Origin: an uncultured Planctomycetaceae bacterium
GTDB taxonomy: Bacteria; Planctomycetota; Phycisphaerae; SM23-33
DNA length: 58,515 nucleotides
Direction of reading: 5' to 3'
Assembly: GCA_964480425.1 (NCBI GenBank)
Contig: CAYZPY010000001.1
Coordinates: forward strand, 1-58,515
The notes under the pieces were generated by a model. The model had not been told where the DNA came from. It did not search any database and was given only the letters and a program-made list of their open reading frames with translations. Both the position numbers and the translations under genes were made by a program. Below, in pieces: positions 53,844-58,515 of this stretch; position 1 is the first letter of the stretch; the number at the start of each line of letters is the position of its first letter.

Positions 53844-56800
53844 ATGGAAACGAAACGGATGCAAAAGATTATCATGGTCGTTTTTGCGCTGGGGAGTGTG
53901 TGTGTCTTAGCCCCGTGCGAAAGCACGGGGGCGAATGATTCCGGGGATCTTTCGCCGGGAGATATACGGCGGATATACGAGCGAACCAGGTCCGAACTGG
54001 ACCGGACGCCGCCCCCCAGGCCCGCGCCGAAGCACAAGTCGCCCCGTCCCGACGACCTGCTCGACGTGGACCTCGAGCGGATACTTTCCGTGGTTCCGGA
54101 CCAGCCCCCGGTCGCCCAGCCGTGCCCTGTGTGCGGGAAAGATCACGGCTGGAAGTGGAGCCCGAAGCACCCCTTCACGGCAGCATGCAAAAAATGCGGC
54201 ACGGAGTTCCCCAACGACAATTATCCCCCCGACGACGAGCAGACTTTCACAAACGTCCGCGGCGAGAAGATAAAAATTCCGTATTACAAGGGCGACGACG
54301 GGCGGCGGTATTACATCGCCAACGTGACGGACGGACCGCGGCTGAAGTGGTTCCTGGGCAGCGTGATACCGCGCCTGACCGGGTACGTAAAGGCCGCCAA
54401 AGAAAAAAAGGCAGCGCGACACCTGGCGCTTGTGATGCACGAGTTGGCACTGCGATACCCGCACTGGCTCAACCGCCACGGTTCGCGAGCCGCCCCGGCG
54501 TTCTTCGACTGCAAGCGCTCGTATTACCCCAACGGCTGCAAGGAATACACCTACACGCCTCGCGACAAGCGAAAGCGCGACTGGCGCGGCGGCAAGTTCG
54601 ACACAGTGATGAACCGCGAGATAAAGCCGCAACTCTTCGACGCCTACAACGCAATAAAGAACCACCCCGTTATGGCGGACCTTTCGAAAGAACTGGGCCA
54701 CGACGTGCGAAAGACCATCCGCGACGATCTGCTCATCGAGATGATCAACTTCGTTCGCATCCGCTCGGACGACAACTGGGGCAACCTGATGCCGTTTTTC
54801 GCGGCGATGGCCAAGGGCGCCTGGTCGACCAACGACCCCCCAACCGCCCACGCGGTCTACCGCTGGTGCACCCAGCACATGAAGCGCCCCCGCGTGCGCG
54901 AGGGCGGGCAGCGCGGCGGGTACTTCTTCGACCTCCACGAGCCGGAAGGCCCGCAGGGGCACAAGGGCCTGCTGATGCAGACGTACGGAAATTTTTCGGC
55001 GATTATGGGCTGGTCCGACCCGCCGGGCTACGTGTGCCCGGCAGACGGGCTGCACCTCCAGGACGTGGGGGCGGACGACCTGCCGTATTTCCGCGACATG
55101 ATTTACGTCCCGGAGATTTACACGCTGCCCAACGGGGCGGTCAACGCCCTGGACGACACCTACGCCGGATACGACTACGGCAGGCGACACTGGTACGGGT
55201 TCGCCTTCGCGCTTCGGTATAGTCGCTGCCGAATGGCGCCGGGCTACGGACAGGCCGTGCTGGGCGACGGAACCGGAGACGACCAGGTCCAGGTGCAGAT
55301 GAACTTCAACCGCAACGGCGGGCACAATCACGGCGACAACCTCTCGATGGTGTGGTTCGCCCACGGACAGGAACTGTCCGGCGAGATCGCCTATCACCGC
55401 ATGCAACTGCGGCTGTATTCGGGGCATCCGTTCTCGCACAACCAGGTGGTGGTCAACCGCCGGTTGGTGGACAACGGCGATACGTTCGGCAACGTGGAGT
55501 TTTTCAACCGGCGTCCGGGAGTATCGGCCGTGCAGGTCGAAAACACCAAGGCCTATGCCCATGTTGGCGCTAAACTTTACCGACGCACGCTGATACTCAA
55601 CAGTCGCGACGCCGATGCGCCGTACTTCGTGGACGTGTTCGAGGTCGACGGCGGGCGGACGCACGATTACTCGATTCACGGCTCGGTCTTGGACGAGCAA
55701 AATGCGGCCGCGTCGCTGGAGATGGACAGGATGGACGAAAAGATGCCGCTGCTGGAGGAGGGCGAGACGTTCCACTATCCACCGCCGGGCCAAATGGGCG
55801 TCCGCGCCAAGGGGCCCGTCGATGCGCTGCTGCGCGACGTGTCGCAGGCGACGCCGAATGAAAATTTCCACGTGGACTTCACCTACAAGGAGCGCCCCGA
55901 CCTTGGCACGCGGATTCACATGTTCGCCGACGAGCGGGCGAAGTTCTACCTGGGGCGCACGCCGTCGCTGCGCAAGTGTCCCGGTAAGGGACCCCAGGCC
56001 TACAAGCACGGGCTGGACTACTGGATGCCGCATTTCGTGGTCCGGCGGCGCGTCGGTAAAGGCGAGTCGCTGAAGTCCGTATTCCTGGCCGTGTACGACA
56101 TGTACGACGGCGAGCCGTCAATCACCTCCGTCCGCCGACTGGATGCCGGCGACGACGCGGTCGCGCTGGAAATAAAACACGCCGACTCAAAGACCGACAC
56201 GATTGTCTACTCTCTGGGCGGGGCGAGGGAGATGTCCACCGGCGGCGTCGAAATGCACGGCAAACTGGGTCTGGTTTCGCAAAAGGGCGCCAAGGCCGAC
56301 GGGTACCTGATGGCCGGTCGGTATCTTCGCGCCGGCGGTGTTAACCTCGAGTCGGACGCTCCGGAATACACGGGTGTGATAATATCCGCCACGCGCAAGT
56401 ACGACGGGGCCGAGGACGACACTTTCGCGGTGGACGCGGACCTGCCCGCCGGCGAAGAACTCCGCGGGCGGTGGATGATCGTCACGCATCCCAAAGAGAT
56501 AACCAGGTACGGGCGTGGCGACCCCTGGCCGCGAAAACCCGGACCCTACCGTCACGCCTATAAAATCCGCAGCATTGAAAAAACCGGCGGCGAGACGATC
56601 GTGCATCTCGGGCACGATCACGGGCTGAGAACGGAGGGCGATATCACCCGCGAGGTGTTCGCGCCGGGCAAATGGTTCAAGGGCGACAACACTTTCGTGA
56701 TACACAACGCCTGCTGCACCGTCCCGGCGCCGGTCATTCGGCCAAGTTCCGGGCCTTGGGACATCACCAGGATGGAACAGTACGTTCCGTTCGTCGACAA

Positions 56801-57503
56801 GGTGGAAGTTTCAATCGACGCCCCCGCCAGCTTCGAAATAAAATACACCACCGACGGCACTCGCCCGGGCGCCGATTCGCGCGATTACACCGGCCCGTTC
56901 ACGTTGAGCGACTCGGCCGTGGTCAAGGCGGTGGTGATCAGCGACGGCGTGATGGAAGGTCGCGTGGCGTCACAGCGGTTCGTCGCCGCCGCCGAACCCG
57001 TCGGGCTGGAGTCCTACCGCCAGGGCGTTCGCGTAACCGACAGCACGTCGCGCGATGTGCACACGCTGCTGAAGAACAACAGCACCGGCTCGCGCCTCGA
57101 GCGGAAGATGATCGTGCGCAGCGCCCGCGACGGGCAAATCAATCCCAAAGACCGCGGCGTGATGCGATACTTCGATTTGGGCGACGCCGACGGGCGCGGG
57201 CAGGACTCCCAGCGCGTCTTCGAGGGTTACTTTCTCGCCCCGCGTGACGGCATGTACGAGTTCAGGATTCGCGGGGGGCAGACGGGCGTGTCGCTTCGCG
57301 TGGCGGGCGTGCGGATAATAGACACGTTCGGGATGGGCCCGTTTCGCCACTGGAGCGCCCGGATACCGCTCAAGGCGGGTTTTCACCGGCTGCGCCTCGG
57401 GTACCTTTACGGCTGGGGCGACAAGCTGCTGAAGGTCAGCGTCACGACGCCGGGCGGACAAAGCCGCACGCTTGCCCCGTGGATGCTCTACGTGGAAGAT
57501 TAA
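53844..57503 (+). CDS. Heparinase II/III-like (polysaccharide-lyase-type) protein with an N-terminal CxxC…CxxC motif, a CHB_HEX_C-like domain and a C-terminal PA14 domain
   Basis: The ATG at 53844 has a GAGGA RBS 6 nt upstream and opens the signal peptide METKRMQKIIMVVFALGSVCVLAPC. The heparinase II/III-type core is GGHNHGDNLSMVWFAHGQELSGEIAYHR…SHNQVVVNRR. The CHB_HEX_C-like part is IKYTTDGTRPGADSRDYTGPFTLSDSAVVKAV. The PA14-like part is FEGYFLAPRDGMYEFRIRGG…LKAGFHRLRLGYLYG. Confidence 0.8.
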   Translation: METKRMQKIIMVVFALGSVCVLAPCESTGANDSGDLSPGDIRRIYERTRSELDRTPPPRPAPKHKSPRPDDLLDVDLERILSVVPDQPPVAQPCPVCGKDHGWKWSPKHPFTAACKKCGTEFPNDNYPPDDEQTFTNVRGEKIKIPYYKGDDGRRYYIANVTDGPRLKWFLGSVIPRLTGYVKAAKEKKAARHLALVMHELALRYPHWLNRHGSRAAPAFFDCKRSYYPNGCKEYTYTPRDKRKRDWRGGKFDTVMNREIKPQLFDAYNAIKNHPVMADLSKELGHDVRKTIRDDLLIEMINFVRIRSDDNWGNLMPFFAAMAKGAWSTNDPPTAHAVYRWCTQHMKRPRVREGGQRGGYFFDLHEPEGPQGHKGLLMQTYGNFSAIMGWSDPPGYVCPADGLHLQDVGADDLPYFRDMIYVPEIYTLPNGAVNALDDTYAGYDYGRRHWYGFAFALRYSRCRMAPGYGQAVLGDGTGDDQVQVQMNFNRNGGHNHGDNLSMVWFAHGQELSGEIAYHRMQLRLYSGHPFSHNQVVVNRRLVDNGDTFGNVEFFNRRPGVSAVQVENTKAYAHVGAKLYRRTLILNSRDADAPYFVDVFEVDGGRTHDYSIHGSVLDEQNAAASLEMDRMDEKMPLLEEGETFHYPPPGQMGVRAKGPVDALLRDVSQATPNENFHVDFTYKERPDLGTRIHMFADERAKFYLGRTPSLRKCPGKGPQAYKHGLDYWMPHFVVRRRVGKGESLKSVFLAVYDMYDGEPSITSVRRLDAGDDAVALEIKHADSKTDTIVYSLGGAREMSTGGVEMHGKLGLVSQKGAKADGYLMAGRYLRAGGVNLESDAPEYTGVIISATRKYDGAEDDTFAVDADLPAGEELRGRWMIVTHPKEITRYGRGDPWPRKPGPYRHAYKIRSIEKTGGETIVHLGHDHGLRTEGDITREVFAPGKWFKGDNTFVIHNACCTVPAPVIRPSSGPWDITRMEQYVPFVDKVEVSIDAPASFEIKYTTDGTRPGADSRDYTGPFTLSDSAVVKAVVISDGVMEGRVASQRFVAAAEPVGLESYRQGVRVTDSTSRDVHTLLKNNSTGSRLERKMIVRSARDGQINPKDRGVMRYFDLGDADGRGQDSQRVFEGYFLAPRDGMYEFRIRGGQTGVSLRVAGVRIIDTFGMGPFRHWSARIPLKAGFHRLRLGYLYGWGDKLLKVSVTTPGGQSRTLAPWMLYVED

Positions 57504-57602
57504 CTCTGCGGCGGGCGCACAAATTCTGGAAAACCGACCGCGGTTTGTATAAACTTTCACCCATTGAAATCGAACGCATGACACCGAAGGCGAGAGAAGG
57601 CA

Positions 57603-58515
57603 ATGAGCGTATTACCGCCGCTGCAACTTGATGAGTTACCTGAGATAGACATGCGCCACGTGCTGGTGCTGACCGACGACACGGCCATGCTCCAGCACGC
57701 CACCTACGCCACGCCCAATCTTCACCACGGATACTGCACCGACGACAACGCGCGGGCGCTTATGGCGGGCGTGCTGTTCTGCGACCTCCAGAAGGAGGTC
57801 CGCGCCGGTTCGGGCGGAATGCTCAGCGAACTTCTGGTGGCAATGCAGCGCTACCTGGCGTTCCTGGCGTACGCCTTCACGCCCAGAACGGGCAGGTTCA
57901 GGAACCTGATGGGATACGACCGCGTCTGGGCCGAGGAGGTCGGCTCCGAAGACAGTCACGCACGCTCGCTTTGGGGTCTGGGGGTTGCGGTCAGACGGGG
58001 GCACACCGCCGACGTTGTGGGACTGGCCGACAAGATCTTCGGCGAGGCGCTTCCGGCGGCGGAGACGTTCGAGCACATCCGCCCCTGGGCCTACACCATA
58101 CTGGGTGTGGACGAGTATCTCCACGGCGACGGGCAGTTCGAGCAGGCGCGACAACTGAGGGACTCGCTGTGCCGGCGGTTGTACGAGACCTGGGAGGCAA
58201 ACGCCGAGGACGACTGGCCGTGGTGGGAGGACGTGATTAGCTGGGGCAGCGCCAAACTTCCCCACGCCCTGCTGGTCGGCGGGTCCGCCCTGGGGCGCGA
58301 CGACATGATTGAAGCGGGCTTAAAGACGCTGCGGTGGTGCCTGGAAATGCAGACGGGCGAGGGTGGGCGGCTTTCGATAATCGGCAACAGGGGCTGGTGC
58401 GTCCGCGGGGGGAAGCGGGCGCAGTTCGAGCAGCAGCCCATCGAGGCAAAGGGAATGGTACAGGCGTGCCTTGCGGCGGCGTGGCACACGCGGGACAGTT
58501 TCTGGACGGAAGCGG
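57603..58515 (+). CDS. Hypothetical protein, N-terminal 304 codons; the gene runs off the window. It may be an (alpha/alpha)-toroid glycan-related protein, at low confidence.
   Basis: Not in the ORF track. My translation from the ATG at 57603 is MSVLPPLQLDELPEIDMRHVLVLTDDTAMLQHATYATPNLHHGYCTDDNARALMAG…DSHARSLWGLG…DDWPWWEDVISWGSAKLPHALL…. The frame stays open to the window end. The 209-aa minus-strand ORF opposite it looks like a shadow. Confidence 0.65.
   Translation, partial: MSVLPPLQLDELPEIDMRHVLVLTDDTAMLQHATYATPNLHHGYCTDDNARALMAGVLFCDLQKEVRAGSGGMLSELLVAMQRYLAFLAYAFTPRTGRFRNLMGYDRVWAEEVGSEDSHARSLWGLGVAVRRGHTADVVGLADKIFGEALPAAETFEHIRPWAYTILGVDEYLHGDGQFEQARQLRDSLCRRLYETWEANAEDDWPWWEDVISWGSAKLPHALLVGGSALGRDDMIEAGLKTLRWCLEMQTGEGGRLSIIGNRGWCVRGGKRAQFEQQPIEAKGMVQACLAAAWHTRDSFWTEA

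Noticed and set aside
57531-57546. The hairpin AAACCG-accg-CGGTTT after the 53844-57503 gene.
   Set aside because: It has a 6-bp stem followed by only three T residues. It is marginal as an intrinsic terminator.

Overview
This is a 58.5-kb, gene-dense, visibly GC-rich (by eye over 60% G+C) bacterial chromosomal segment. I saw no rRNA, CRISPR array, transposase or integrase. All family calls come from motif recognition in the translations; no database search was possible.

Four blocks are apparent.

(1) 1-24962: a glycan-utilisation block.
- partial Fe-dependent alcohol dehydrogenase
- Opp-type ABC importer whose solute-binding protein is fused to a permease
- araA
- an uncharacterised secreted beta-helix protein
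- three tandem GH29 alpha-L-fucosidases
- a Cys-type sulfatase
- a stray phosphoribosyltransferase
- a GH51 arabinofuranosidase
- a beta-propeller glycoside hydrolase (GH)
- a beta-helix/PDZ protein

(2) 25300-33208: a canonical pstSCAB-phoU operon divergent from a phoB/phoR-like two-component pair. The shared AT-rich promoter region carries 11-bp-phased direct repeats.

(3) 33220-47042: the most interesting region, an envelope-glycan modification cluster.
- one GtrB/ArnC-type GT2
- two LPG_synthase_TM flippase-like proteins
- two GT-C (PMT_2/ArnT-like) transferases
- a PAPS-type sulfotransferase
- two SAM methyltransferases, one fused to DUF354
- an N-acetyl-sugar amidotransferase plus a HisF-like cyclase, with no HisH
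- a beta-helix lipoprotein
- The window shows no Wzx/Wzy/Wzz, ABC exporter or initiating phosphoglycosyltransferase.
- I read it as a candidate undescribed polyprenyl-phosphate-linked periplasmic glycosylation system that delivers a sulfated, methylated or amidinated sugar.

(4) 47222-58515:
- tRNA-Val(GAC) with a terminator
- adjacent CBS-GGDEF and CBS-HD-GYP genes with paralogous sensor modules
- a 1185-aa protein holding two more copies of the uncharacterised beta-helix module seen at 9538-11283
- a 1219-aa heparinase II/III-like protein with a PA14 domain
- a partial ORF running off the window

The gene content suggests a PVC-type marine polysaccharide degrader (Twin-arginine (TAT)-signal sulfatase, multiple GH29, giant secreted beta-helix proteins). 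That taxonomic guess is inference only.
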